Shown piece after piece: positions 39,165-49,769 of a stretch of 64,000 nucleotides of DNA. The notes beneath the pieces were generated by a model. It worked only from the letters and a program-made list of their open reading frames with translations. It searched no databases and was not told the origin of the DNA. The stretch comes from Vulcanimicrobiota bacterium (GTDB lineage Bacteria; Vulcanimicrobiota; Vulcanimicrobiia; Vulcanimicrobiales; Vulcanimicrobiaceae). The DNA lies in contig CAVZQC010000002.1 in the NCBI GenBank assembly GCA_963777315.1, forward strand, positions 384,001 to 448,000. The letters run 5' to 3'. The translations under genes and the position numbers were made by a program. Position 1 is the stretch's first letter, and each line of letters begins with the position of its first letter.

Positions 39165-40255
39165 TGCCAGCTCCGGGTAGTTCGTATCGAACCGTCGACG
39201 AGCGCCGCCTCAAAACGTTCGTCCGCACATGCCTGGAGCGACTGGGCGTCGGAAGCGATAGCGCATCGCAAGTCGCGGACGTGCTGGTCGAAGCGGACGT
39301 ACGCGGCATCGAATCGCACGGCGTTGCGCGGTTGAACGCTTATTACGTCAGCCGCCTTCGATCGGGGACCATGAACGCCGACCCGCCTTACCGCATCGTG
39401 CGCGAAACGGACACTACCGTGCTCGTGGATGCCGGCAACGGCCTGGGACATCCCGCAGGCATACTGGCGATGCGCGCGGCGATCGAGAAGGCAAAAACTT
39501 TCGGCGTCGCGTTCGCCTGCGTGCGCAATTCCAACCATTACGGCATCGCAGCATACTACGCGATGATGGCGCTCGAACACGACATGATCGGGCTCTCGTC
39601 GACGAACTCGGTGCGTTACGCCGTACCGACGTTCGGACGCGATCTCATGCTGGGAACCAATCCGCTCGCGTTTGCCGTTCCGGCCGGCAGCGAGCCGGCA
39701 TTCGTTTTGGATTTTGCCACGACCACCGTGCCGCGCGGGCGATTGGAAGTGCACAAACGCAAGAATCTGCCGCTTGCGCCGGGCTGGGCGGTGGATTCGA
39801 ACGGCGTACCGACCGGCGATCCGCGCGCGGCGCTCGAGGGGGCGCTCTTGCCGCTGGGCGGCTTCGGCACGCAAGGCGGAGGACACAAGGGTTACGGGCT
39901 CGGACTGCTGGTCGACATTCTGTGCGGCGTTCTGAGCGGCGGCAGCTTCGGGCCGGACTTGGGATTGCCGTCCGCCGACGACAAGCGCGGCGCGGTTTCG
40001 CACTGGTTCGCAGCGATGCGCGTCGAAGCCATGCGCAACGTGGACGAATTCAAACGGGACATGGACCGCGAACTGCGCGCGTTCAAACACAGCGCGAGAG
40101 CGCCGGATCAGCCGCGAATCTACACAGCCGGCGAGATCGAAGACGAGCGCGCCCGCCGGCATCGCGCACACGGCGTGCCGCTGCACGTCAGCGTTTGGAG
40201 AGAACTGCAGGCTTTGGCGTGTGAACTGGACGTCGACTTCGAGGCTGCATGGTGA
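39161..40255 (+). CDS. Ldh_2-family (malate/L-lactate/sulfolactate dehydrogenase-like) oxidoreductase
   Basis: ADVRGIESHG, NSNHYG, GTNPLAFA, LDFATT, GHKGYGL. Confidence 0.92.
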   Translation: MMPAPGSSYRTVDERRLKTFVRTCLERLGVGSDSASQVADVLVEADVRGIESHGVARLNAYYVSRLRSGTMNADPPYRIVRETDTTVLVDAGNGLGHPAGILAMRAAIEKAKTFGVAFACVRNSNHYGIAAYYAMMALEHDMIGLSSTNSVRYAVPTFGRDLMLGTNPLAFAVPAGSEPAFVLDFATTTVPRGRLEVHKRKNLPLAPGWAVDSNGVPTGDPRAALEGALLPLGGFGTQGGGHKGYGLGLLVDILCGVLSGGSFGPDLGLPSADDKRGAVSHWFAAMRVEAMRNVDEFKRDMDRELRAFKHSARAPDQPRIYTAGEIEDERARRHRAHGVPLHVSVWRELQALACELDVDFEAAW

Positions 40256-40974
40256 TCGCGCTGCTTGTATCGGCCGTTCTCGCTCAGACGAGCCCCGCGC
40301 CCGCGGCAACGCCGATCGGCAAAGTGCCGTGGCAGGCGGATGGGCGTCCGGCCGGCGAGATGCAGACGTACTGGCAGTCGCTGATGAAGCATCTTCACGA
40401 CCGGCCGATCCGCGTGCTGTTCGTGGGGGATTCCATTACGTATAACTACACGATGGGTCCCGGGCGTGCCGTTTACGACACGTACTTTGCGCCGCTGGGC
40501 GCGTTCAACGAAGGCGTTAGCGGCGACACCACGCAGAACACGCTCGCGTCGATCCAAGCCGGCGAACTGGACGGCATCGATCCGAAGGTCGTCTATCTCA
40601 TGATCGGCACCAACGACGTCCGCGATCGCTGGACGGGACCCGACATCGCCCGCGGCGTGGAAGCCGTGGTGGCCGCGATCCACGAGAAGCTGCCCAATGC
40701 GCGCATTTTGCTGCTCGACATATTTCCGCGCGGCCTGCAGCCGACTTCGCCCGATCGCATCGAAGTGGACCGCGCGAACGCGGCTCTTGACGCGTATGCG
40801 TTTGCGCCTTACGTGACGCGCTTGGACGTGAACGCGGCGTTTCTCAACGCCGACGGCACGCTAAAGTCGCAGCTCTTCGGGGATGAAACGCTGCACCCCA
40901 ATGCGCAGGGCTACGCAGCTATCGCTCCGGCGATCCGCACCGCGATCGACGCGATGCTCGCATCTTCTCCGTAA
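40249..40974 (+). CDS. secreted SGNH/GDSL esterase
   Basis: Signal peptide; FVGDSIT, GVSGD, IGTND, LHPN. Confidence 0.88.
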   Translation: MVIALLVSAVLAQTSPAPAATPIGKVPWQADGRPAGEMQTYWQSLMKHLHDRPIRVLFVGDSITYNYTMGPGRAVYDTYFAPLGAFNEGVSGDTTQNTLASIQAGELDGIDPKVVYLMIGTNDVRDRWTGPDIARGVEAVVAAIHEKLPNARILLLDIFPRGLQPTSPDRIEVDRANAALDAYAFAPYVTRLDVNAAFLNADGTLKSQLFGDETLHPNAQGYAAIAPAIRTAIDAMLASSP

Positions 40975-40983
40975 CGCCGCCCC

Positions 40984-42087
40984 TTACGGAATCTGCGAGC
41001 ACGCGGGCACGGCGAGGCGTGTAAACGTGAGGTTTTCATAAGGCGTGAGCCGGCCGTTCTCGTATACGACGGCGACGACGTTGCCCGGCAGCGGCGCCAT
41101 AACCGCATACGCAGCGGGTCCCGCGTGAAGAATGCGCGATTGCGGCCAGGTCTTTCCGCCGTCGCAGCTGGTTCGAAGCGTCAGATTGCGCCGCTCTACG
41201 GCGTTCGCAGGGTTGACGAACAGCAGCGCATTACCATCGGCGATTTCATCTGCGTTTACGCCGGGATCCGGTAGGGCGGCATCCGGCCGCATCGGCCCAA
41301 AGGACCGGCCTCCATCGCGGGAAACCGCCAGGAAACGTAGGCGCAGCGTGTTGTGGCGCATGTTTTGCACGATGCTGCCGTCACGCAATTGCACCGCCTT
41401 GCTTTCGTTCACGTCGGTGCCGGCGAACGCGCCCATTCTCCAACTCGCACCATGGTCGTCGCTGTACGCGTCTGCCGCATGCGTTTTCCCGGTCGCATCC
41501 ATGACGACGTACGGCTGGATCAGCCGTCCGCTGCGCGTCTGAATCCCGTGGCCGGACGAAGCAAACAGCGCGCGCCAGACGGGGTTTTTAATCTGCCGAT
41601 TTAAATCCAACGGCTTGGACCAGGTTGCGGCGTCGTCGTCGCTCCACTGCACCATGGCGTGGACCGTGCGCGAGTCCAGCGCGTCGCTCGATCCCGGACG
41701 CGATTCAAAAAAGCCCACGCCCGGCGGACCGTAAGCGTAAAAGAGAAATATTCGGCCGGTGATGCGGTCGACGAGCAGGCTGGAATCACCCGTCCCGCCC
41801 GCAGGAAATGCTGCGGCGATGATCGGCGGACTCCAGGTCAGTCCGCCGTCGAGGCTGCGGCGCTGCGCGATGCGAATATCGTTGGGCAGATCGCGCGACG
41901 ATGAAATTCGTTCGTCGAAGGTTGCAATCAGCGTTCCTCGATTTGTCACTGCAAGCGCCGGAATGCGGTACGTGGGGACTGCGCCGGTCCCGCTTACGGC
42001 CAGAACGCGATCGATCCGCGCGTGCGCGGGCGCTCCACCGGCGAGCGCTGCGGCGGCGACCGCGATGCCGATGACGTTTTTGAGCAC
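40984..42087 (-). CDS. GH33 sialidase
   Basis: YRIPAL motif and five Asp-boxes (SLDGGLTW, SDDDAATW, SDDHGASW, SRDGGRSF, SCDGGKTW); signal peptide. Confidence 0.93.
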   Translation of the reverse strand: MLKNVIGIAVAAAALAGGAPAHARIDRVLAVSGTGAVPTYRIPALAVTNRGTLIATFDERISSSRDLPNDIRIAQRRSLDGGLTWSPPIIAAAFPAGGTGDSSLLVDRITGRIFLFYAYGPPGVGFFESRPGSSDALDSRTVHAMVQWSDDDAATWSKPLDLNRQIKNPVWRALFASSGHGIQTRSGRLIQPYVVMDATGKTHAADAYSDDHGASWRMGAFAGTDVNESKAVQLRDGSIVQNMRHNTLRLRFLAVSRDGGRSFGPMRPDAALPDPGVNADEIADGNALLFVNPANAVERRNLTLRTSCDGGKTWPQSRILHAGPAAYAVMAPLPGNVVAVVYENGRLTPYENLTFTRLAVPACSQIP

Positions 42088-43904
42088 TATTCGGCAATCG
42101 GCGCGTACAATGGTTCGGTTCTGCCGCTGAGCCGGCGAACCGTGCGGTCCAGCAGGTCGAAAACCATCACCTCGTTGCGTCCGATCGTGAGAAACGGAGC
42201 CGGTACGTAGAGTGCGAACTGCGGGCCGATTTCCCAGAAGCGTCCCACGGGGTGACCGTTCACCCAGAGCAGACCCTTTCCGAGCATGCGAACGTCCAGA
42301 AACGTATCTGCAACGCGGCCGAGCGAAAAATACCCGCGGTAAAACGCCGGCGCGTCCGCCGGTTCGCCGCCGAATCGCAGTGCGGATAGCTCGCTCATCG
42401 GCAGCGTATAGACGTCCCAGCCGAGCAGCTCGACCCCGCCGAGCGTTGCGGACTTGGTAATCCCCTTGCGATCGTAGACGAACTGCTTGCCGTAATTCAA
42501 ACGTCCCGTATTCTCGACCAAAATGTCGAGTAGAGCCCCGCTTTTCGCCTCTATTTGCAGCGACCGTTCTCCCAGGCGACGGTCGAGCGTGCCGGCGCGC
42601 GTGCCGTCGATGAGGACGACTGCGTAGTCGCGCAACTCGTCGAGCGCCAGCGCGGCTTGCGTCGCGCGCGGAATGCGCGTTCGATACAAAATGTAGCCGT
42701 AGTTTTGGCCATACGCTTCCATGTTCCGCACGCGTTCGCTGTGCTGCGGCGCGCCGAACAAGCCGTGCATCGGTGCGGATTCAGTCAAAGTGAATTCGGG
42801 AATGCCGATGAGCTCAGGCGCGCGTGGCATGGGCGCAGGCTGCGTGCCGGTATGGCGCGCGATTGCTTTGCGAATGAGGAAGAACTTGGAACGCGGGCGT
42901 CCGGTTTCGTCGAGCGGCGCGTCGTAATCGTAGCTCGTCACGGTCGGCTGATACGGCGCGTCGCCGCCGTAGTTGGCGCCGTTCATGAACCAGTTCGTTC
43001 CGCCGTGGAACATATAGAGGTTGAACGACCCGTGCGCGAGCATCCATTCGACGCCGCGCACTTGCGCGGCGGCGTCGGTGACGTGGTGCGGCTCGCCCCA
43101 GTGGTCGAACCACCCCGGATAATACTCGCCGGCCATCACCGGATTGCCGGGGCGAAAACGCGCCAGCGCCGCAAAGTCCGATTGCGGATCGCCGATGCTT
43201 CCCGCCACGGGAAGCGCGGGCAACGAACCGGCGGGAAGTTCGGGAATGCCGTCGTCGGTGTAGTGGATGACGTCTTGAAAACCGGCATCCGTGACTGCGT
43301 CCAAGATTTCGTGCATGTACGCATGGTCGTCGCCGAACGACCCGTACTCGTTTTCGATCTGCACGGCGAGAACAGGACCACCGCGCGGCCATTGCAGCGC
43401 CGCCAATTCCTGTCCCAAACGATGAATCCAGCGCCGTGCGGGCTGCATGAAGCGCGGATCGCGCGTGCGGCACACCGTCTGCGGATCTTGCAGCAGCCAT
43501 GCCGGATACCCGCCGAACTCCCACTCCGCGCAAGCGTACGGCCCGGGCCGCAGGATCACGTGCAGTCCCAGGCGTTGCGCCGTTCGCACGAACGCCGCGA
43601 CGTCGTTCTGCCCGCTGAAATCGAAAGCGCCGGGCTGCGGTTCGTGCACGTTCCAAAACACGTACGTGCAAATGGTATTGAGCCCCATCGCCCGCGCCAT
43701 CCGCAGGCGATGCTCCCAGTACTGATGCGGCACGCGCGTGTAGTGCATCGAACCCGATATGAATTGGAAGGGCTTTTCGTCGAGCATGAACCTGCCGTTG
43801 GCAATGCGAATGCTGCGCGGCGCCGCCGCCAGCGACACCGGTGCGGACAGCGCCGCGAACTGTGCCGCGGCGATGGTGAGAAAGCGCTTGCGGACGATCG
43901 TCAT
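42087..43904 (-). CDS. GH35 beta-galactosidase
   Basis: SGSMHYTR, GLNTICTYVFWN, RPGPYACAEW, QIENEYG, EYYPGWFDHWG, NLYMFHGGTN, TSYDYDAP. Confidence 0.95.
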   Translation of the reverse strand: MTIVRKRFLTIAAAQFAALSAPVSLAAAPRSIRIANGRFMLDEKPFQFISGSMHYTRVPHQYWEHRLRMARAMGLNTICTYVFWNVHEPQPGAFDFSGQNDVAAFVRTAQRLGLHVILRPGPYACAEWEFGGYPAWLLQDPQTVCRTRDPRFMQPARRWIHRLGQELAALQWPRGGPVLAVQIENEYGSFGDDHAYMHEILDAVTDAGFQDVIHYTDDGIPELPAGSLPALPVAGSIGDPQSDFAALARFRPGNPVMAGEYYPGWFDHWGEPHHVTDAAAQVRGVEWMLAHGSFNLYMFHGGTNWFMNGANYGGDAPYQPTVTSYDYDAPLDETGRPRSKFFLIRKAIARHTGTQPAPMPRAPELIGIPEFTLTESAPMHGLFGAPQHSERVRNMEAYGQNYGYILYRTRIPRATQAALALDELRDYAVVLIDGTRAGTLDRRLGERSLQIEAKSGALLDILVENTGRLNYGKQFVYDRKGITKSATLGGVELLGWDVYTLPMSELSALRFGGEPADAPAFYRGYFSLGRVADTFLDVRMLGKGLLWVNGHPVGRFWEIGPQFALYVPAPFLTIGRNEVMVFDLLDRTVRRLSGRTEPLYAPIAE

Positions 43905-44013
43905 GTGAGCAAGGTACGTTGCAGCTGAGGAATCATCGTAGTGCTGTGCCGTTTGCCGTTCTACAAGGCGTGCCTGCGAGGCAGCCTCGCGTTTGTAGGG
44001 AAAGTTCGAAAAG

Positions 44014-46003
44014 ATGAATCGATCGCAGTTCGTTCGAGGCGCCGCCGCGAGCGCAGCGTCGTTTGCCGCACTCGGTGCGGGCGGGACGGCGTGGGCCGAC
44101 GCGGCCGGCGGGACGTTCTCCTTGGGAAATGCCGCCATCGACGCGACCTGGGCAATGCACGACGGCGCGCTCTCACTCACGCGCTTGCGCGCCGGTGCTC
44201 TCAAACGCGCAATTCCACTGCCGCGCGATCTCTTCAGCGTCGGGGCGGCGAACGGAACGATCGTTTCCGCGCGCGAGTTCCGAATAACGGGGGGTCCGGC
44301 GCACGAGGCGCTTACGGCCGGCGCGCATGCCGCGCGCTACGCCGAACGCATTCCCGGCCGCAAAATCAGCGTGGAACTCGCGCACCCCGGCGGCAAACTG
44401 CACGCGACTTGGAGCGCGATCCTGCGGGACGGCTCGCAGTATCTGCGCCAGCAGTTGGAGTTGCGAGCCGTCGGCGCAGAAGTGCAACTCGCGAGCGTTA
44501 TGCTGGTTGATTTTGCGCGTCTGCCGGATGCGTTCGTTCTAGGCAGCGTGGACGGCTCGCCGATTGCGTCGGCCAATCTCTATACGGCCATCGAGCATCC
44601 ATTCGCGAAAGCCCAAGCGATCGACGATCGCGCGAGCGCCTTCCTGCCGGTGCGCGTTCCGCTGCGTCCCGGCGTGCCGCTGATCGTGTCCAGCGTCATC
44701 GGCGTAACGGCGCCGGGCCGGCTGCGGCGCGATTTTCTGACCTACGTCGAACGCGAGCGCGCACACCCATACCGCACGTTCTTACACTACAACTCCTGGT
44801 ACGATCTCGGATACTTTACGCGTTACACGGCAGCGCAAGCGCTCGAGCGCATCCACGCGTTCGGAAGCGAGGCTCACGCAGCGGCGCGGCGTGCGCCTGG
44901 AATCGTTTCTGTTCGACGACGGGTGGGATGATCCGCAGCGGCTGTGGCATTTCAACGCAGAGTTTCCGCAGGGTTTTGCTCCGCTCGAGGCGGCGGCTTT
45001 GCAGTACGGTGCGCGGCCGGGCGCATGGCTCTCGCCGTGGGGCGGCTACGGCAAGCCGCGCGAACAGCGGCTCGCCAGCGCCAAAGCGCAAGGGTACGGC
45101 ATCAACGAGGACGGTTTGGCGTTGTCGGCTCCGAAATATTACGAGTATTTTGAAAGCGTGGTGACGCGATTCATCACGCGCGGCGGCGTCAATCAATTCA
45201 AGCTGGACGGCACCGGCAACGCGAGCAGCGTCTATCCCGGCAGCCGGTTCGGCAGCGACTTCGAGGCGGCAATTCATCTGATCGGCACGGCGCGCGCGCT
45301 CGAGCCCGACATCTACATCAATCTGACGACCGGCACGTACCCTTCGCCGTTCTGGCTGCGCTACTGCGACTCGATCTGGCGCGGCGGCGACGATCACAAC
45401 TTTTTCGGCGCGGGCTCGTACCGGCAGAGATGGATCACGTACCGTGACGCCGACACGTACGCGGGCGTCGTGACGCAAGGGCCGCTGTATCCGCTCAACG
45501 CGCTCATGCTGCACGGGATGATCTATGCCGCGTACGCCAAGCATTTGGACGCCGATCCGGACGGCGATTTTCGCGACGAGATCCGCTCCTACTTTGGAAC
45601 GGGGACGCAGCTGCAGGAGATGTATATAACGCCGGGCCTGCTCTCATCGGCGAACTGGGACGATCTCTCGCAATGTGCGAAGTGGTCCGCGCGCAACGCC
45701 GACGTGCTGCGCGACACGCATTGGATCGGCGGCGATCCCTACCGCCTGCAGATCTACGGCCACGCCGCGTGGTCCCCGCGAAAGGGAATCATCAGCTTGC
45801 GCAATCCCGCCGATCGCGTACAGGAAATCGCGCTCGACGTTGGACAGGCGTTCGAGTTGCCGCAAGGCGCTCCACGGCGGTACGCTGCACGATCCCCGTG
45901 GCAGCGGCAAGCGCCGCTCACGCTCACGGCCGGCGCATATCACGTCTTCACGCTGCGCCCGTTCGAAGTCCTGACGCTGGAAGCGCTTCCCGCCGGCGCG
46001 TAG
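44014..46003 (+). CDS. uncharacterised clan-D (GH27/GH36)-like glycoside hydrolase (apparent frameshift near 44871)
   Basis: FLHYNSWYD, FLFDDGWD, WLSPWGGY, FKLDG, SIWRGG; two ORFs join as GSELTQRRGVRLESF; about 662 aa. Confidence 0.7.
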
Positions 46004-46007
46004 CCCG

Positions 46008-47795
46008 TCACTGCGATGCCATCAGTGCTTCCCCTTTGGTAGCGGCTTCGAAGTGCGCCTCGATCTCTTCCAAAGTCTTGCCTTTGGTTTCGGGCAGGAA
46101 GAACGTCGCGGTCACAAAGTAGATGACTGTGCATGCCGCAAACGCAAAGAACATCGTGGAGTAGCCGTACTTGCCGACCATGGGAAGAAACACTGCGGCG
46201 ATCACCGTCGACGTCCCGGTGTTGAGGAACAGCGCGATGCTCATGCCGTTGGAGCGGATGCGCGTGGGCATCAGTTCCGAAAGCGCCAGCCATACGCATA
46301 CGCCCGGGCCCACCGCGTAAAACGCCATGAACAAAAACAGCGTCAACGCCACGATCCATCCGTTCGCCTGACTTGGTACCGGGGCGATCAGGGCCGCATC
46401 GATCTTCAGCGGCGCGTTGCGGGAAGCGTCCAAACTCCCGAACGGGTCGGCAAAGAATGCCGCAACCTTGTTGGCCGGCAGCGAGCGCGTAATCTGAATC
46501 GGCAGCGCGGTTTGGTTGGAGCGCGCCACGTTGGTTACCGAGCGGAAGTCGCCGTAGGAGTAGATGATTTCCAAAGACTGCGCGTTGCCGGCGGTGCTTT
46601 TTCCTACGCTGCGCAGCAGTTTCTTGGCGGTCGCGGCATCGAACGTCAGCGAAACGCTTTGATTCGGGCGGACCATCGACTGTACGGCTTGCTTGACGTC
46701 GACTTGCGCGGACTGCGTGCGGTAAAACAGTATTCCCGTGCCGACGAGCGAGAGAATAATGCCCGCGCTGCCGAGCGAAAGCAGAAATTTTCTGCCTTTG
46801 CGGTCTACCAGCATGACGCCGATGATCGTTATCCCGAAATTGACGATGCTGAAGAACAGGCTCCCGATGTGCGCCTGATAGTCGGAAAGGCCGCCCTGCA
46901 AAAGAATCGTGGTGTTGTACCCGATGATCGAATTTATGCCGGTGAGTTGGTTGCAGGTCAGAATCACGCACGCCAGGATGAATGGGATGACGTACTTGCG
47001 GCGCAGGAGCGATTCTTTGATCTTCGTGCCGGACTTTTTCGCGCGCTCCGCGCTGCGGGTGTCCTCCATCGCCTGCAGTTCGTAGCCGGCCTGCTCTTGC
47101 GTGCGCGAGCGCAGAAGCGCGGCCAGCGCGGCGTCTTTCTTGCCGCGCCGGAACAACCAGCGCGGCGATTCCGAGACCACTGCGCTGCCAAGTACGAACA
47201 GTATGCCGGGCGGAAGCGAAACCCAGAACGTGTTGCGCCAGGCTTGATCTTTGAACGCAAAGATCTCCGCAGTGCTGCCGGTTTTCATCACGATGCCCAA
47301 ACGGTAGCTGAAATACAGCGTGATGAGCCCGGCCACCACGAAACCGAACGTGAGCATCCATTGAAACAGGCCCGTGCCTTTGCCGCGGTTCGATGCGCCC
47401 AGACACTCGGCCAGGTAAAGCGGGACCACCACGCCGATCAGCCCGGCGCTCATGCCTTGCAGCAGACGCCCGAACACCAGCGGCCCGAAGCCGTGCGCCA
47501 GCGCGATGAGCGGGATGCTCGCAACGAACATGAGCGCACTGAGAACCATCAGATTTCTGCGCCCGAACCAATCGGCCAAAGCACCCGCTATCAGACTGGA
47601 AATGACGCTGCCCAACAGCACCGCGGCAACGATGAACGAAAGCCGGCTGGGATCCAGACCCGAAGTCGCTTCCAAATACGGCAGCGCGCCCGCGATGATA
47701 CCGACGTCGATGCCGTACAGCAGGCCGCCAAGCCCGCTGACGGTCAGAAGAAGCCGGTTATAGCCTGCAATGGCATGCACTGTTCTGGGTTGCAT
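46008..47795 (-). CDS. MFS sugar porter with large loop insertion
   Basis: GGLLYGID, DWFGRR, PLYLAE, ESPRWL, QLTGIN, VDRKGRK, SELMPTRIR, PETKGKTLEEIE. Confidence 0.93.
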   Translation of the reverse strand: MQPRTVHAIAGYNRLLLTVSGLGGLLYGIDVGIIAGALPYLEATSGLDPSRLSFIVAAVLLGSVISSLIAGALADWFGRRNLMVLSALMFVASIPLIALAHGFGPLVFGRLLQGMSAGLIGVVVPLYLAECLGASNRGKGTGLFQWMLTFGFVVAGLITLYFSYRLGIVMKTGSTAEIFAFKDQAWRNTFWVSLPPGILFVLGSAVVSESPRWLFRRGKKDAALAALLRSRTQEQAGYELQAMEDTRSAERAKKSGTKIKESLLRRKYVIPFILACVILTCNQLTGINSIIGYNTTILLQGGLSDYQAHIGSLFFSIVNFGITIIGVMLVDRKGRKFLLSLGSAGIILSLVGTGILFYRTQSAQVDVKQAVQSMVRPNQSVSLTFDAATAKKLLRSVGKSTAGNAQSLEIIYSYGDFRSVTNVARSNQTALPIQITRSLPANKVAAFFADPFGSLDASRNAPLKIDAALIAPVPSQANGWIVALTLFLFMAFYAVGPGVCVWLALSELMPTRIRSNGMSIALFLNTGTSTVIAAVFLPMVGKYGYSTMFFAFAACTVIYFVTATFFLPETKGKTLEEIEAHFEAATKGEALMASQ

Positions 47796-47830
47796 GAGAT
47801 GGCCCCCGAGTTTCCCGACGTCGTCCTCGC

Positions 47831-47908
47831 AGTCATCCGACATATCGAACGGCGATCCGCTGCGAGGAGCCTTGTGCTGCTGGCGAGAACGCGAAACATC
47901 CGATGTTT
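47831..47908. promoter_or_regulatory. two putative FadR operator boxes (AGTCATCCGACAT; AAACATCCGATGTTT)
   Basis: 47831-47843 and 47894-47908, in the MFS/GH20 divergent gap; the second is a near-perfect palindrome overlapping the ATG. Confidence 0.65.
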
Positions 47909-49765
47909 CAATACCGCGCTTTAGCGGCCCTGGCGCTCGCTTTTGCCGTCTGCGCGCCCCGCGGCGCCGGCGCTCAAAATGCGCGCATTGCCGCCGACTC
48001 GCTGGGCATCATTCCGGCTCCGCGCTCGGTCGTCGCATACGCCGCGACGTACCGGCTTCCCCCGCACGTCGCTATAGCAGTCTCGACGCCGGACGAACGC
48101 AATGTGGCCGGCTTTGCGGTGACTTTTTTGCGGACACACGGCATCGATGCGACGGTTGCTCCAAACGGTTCCCCGGCAGCGTTGCGGCTGTCGTCGCGCG
48201 CCCACGATCGATCGCTGGGTCCCGAAGGGTACCGCCTGCGCGTAGACAGCAGCGGCATCGCGATTGCCGCCAATGCCGGCGCGGGTTTGTTCTACGGCCT
48301 GCAAACGTTCGAGCAACTTTTCGCGCCCGGCGGCGGCAATGCGATTCATCAGGTCGATATCAGCGATGCACCGTCGTACCCGTACCGCGGCATCCATCTG
48401 GACGTCGGGCGGCATTTCTTTGCCGTGCCGTTCGTCGAGAAATACATCGACTTGGCCGCGCGCTACAAGCTCAACGAATTTCACTGGCATTTGACCGAGG
48501 ATCAAGGCTGGCGCATCGAGATCAAAAAGTATCCGCGCTTGACGAGCGTCGCATCCTGCCGCGCCGGTACGATGATCGGCCACGACTTCAATTCCAACGA
48601 TCGCGTGCGCTATTGCGGCTATTACACGCAGGATCAAATCCAGCAAGTCGTTGCATACGCGAAGAAGCGCTACGTGAACATCGTCCCGGAGATCGAGATG
48701 CCGGGACATTCCGTCGAAGTCCTGGCCGCGTACCCGCAGCTGGCGTGCAAGCCCGGAGTCTATCACGTGCTGACGATATGGGGCGTTTCCAACGACATCG
48801 TCTGCCCATCCGAGCGCACGATCCGATTTTACGAAGACGTGTTGACCGAAGTCATGCGGCTTTTTCCCGGGCCGTACATTCATACCGGCGGCGACGAAGC
48901 GCCCAAAGACGTTTGGAACGGCAGCCCGCTGGTTCGGCGGCTCATGCGCGAGCATCATCTCAAGGATGCCGACGCCGTGCAGGGCTGGTTCGACACGCGC
49001 ATCGAGAACTTTTTGCGGGCGCACGGGCGGCGAATGATCGGCTGGGACGAGATCCTGCAAGGCAACGTCTCGCACAGCGCCATCGTGATGTCGTGGCGGG
49101 GCGTCGGCGGAGGCGCGGTGGCGGCAATGCGCGGCAACGACGTCATCATGTCGCCCGATCCGACGCTGTATTTCGATCATTCGCAGGGCGACCCGGCGTA
49201 CGAGCCGCTCAACATCGGCGGAATGACGACCTTGCGGGATGTATACGACTACGATCCCGGCATCGATGCGCTGCCCCCGGATAAGGCAAAACACATTTTG
49301 GGCGCGCAAGGCAATCTCTGGACCGAATATATTGCCACGCCGCAGCTCGCGCAGTACGAGCTGCTGCCGCGCATGCTTGCGCTGTCCGAACTGGTGTGGA
49401 CGCCGGTTGCACAAAAGGACTGGGACAGTTTCGTCGCGCGTACGCCCAATCACTACGCCCGCTTTGAATCCGAGGGCGTGCAATTTCGCATTCCGGATCC
49501 GACGGGCTTGCAAAAGACCGTCGCGAGCGGCCCGCACGCAACCGTGAAACTCGTGAGCCCGGTGCCCGGGGCAACGATGTATTACACCGTCGACGGCTCG
49601 ATGCCCACGCAAGCCTCGCCGCGCTATACGCAGCCGTTCACTCTCGATTTGAGTCCGGGCCAGTCCATCAACGTTCGCGTCATCACGGTCTTGCAGTCCG
49701 GGCGCGTGAGCGCGCCGGGGAGTGCGATATACGAACGCCCGGCCGCGAGCGCCACGGTACCGTAG
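47903..49765 (+). CDS. GH20 beta-N-acetylhexosaminidase with C-terminal Fn3-associated/chitobiase domain
   Basis: YRGIHLDVGRHF, FHWHLTEDQGWR, EIEMPGH, HTGGDE, GWDE, LWTEY, YYTVDGS. Confidence 0.95.
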   Translation: MFQYRALAALALAFAVCAPRGAGAQNARIAADSLGIIPAPRSVVAYAATYRLPPHVAIAVSTPDERNVAGFAVTFLRTHGIDATVAPNGSPAALRLSSRAHDRSLGPEGYRLRVDSSGIAIAANAGAGLFYGLQTFEQLFAPGGGNAIHQVDISDAPSYPYRGIHLDVGRHFFAVPFVEKYIDLAARYKLNEFHWHLTEDQGWRIEIKKYPRLTSVASCRAGTMIGHDFNSNDRVRYCGYYTQDQIQQVVAYAKKRYVNIVPEIEMPGHSVEVLAAYPQLACKPGVYHVLTIWGVSNDIVCPSERTIRFYEDVLTEVMRLFPGPYIHTGGDEAPKDVWNGSPLVRRLMREHHLKDADAVQGWFDTRIENFLRAHGRRMIGWDEILQGNVSHSAIVMSWRGVGGGAVAAMRGNDVIMSPDPTLYFDHSQGDPAYEPLNIGGMTTLRDVYDYDPGIDALPPDKAKHILGAQGNLWTEYIATPQLAQYELLPRMLALSELVWTPVAQKDWDSFVARTPNHYARFESEGVQFRIPDPTGLQKTVASGPHATVKLVSPVPGATMYYTVDGSMPTQASPRYTQPFTLDLSPGQSINVRVITVLQSGRVSAPGSAIYERPAASATVP

Positions 49766-49769
49766 CCGC

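Noticed and set aside
43905..44013. FadR box in the GH35/clan-D GH divergent gap
   Set aside because: Only a weak half-match (AATCATCGTAG); not counted
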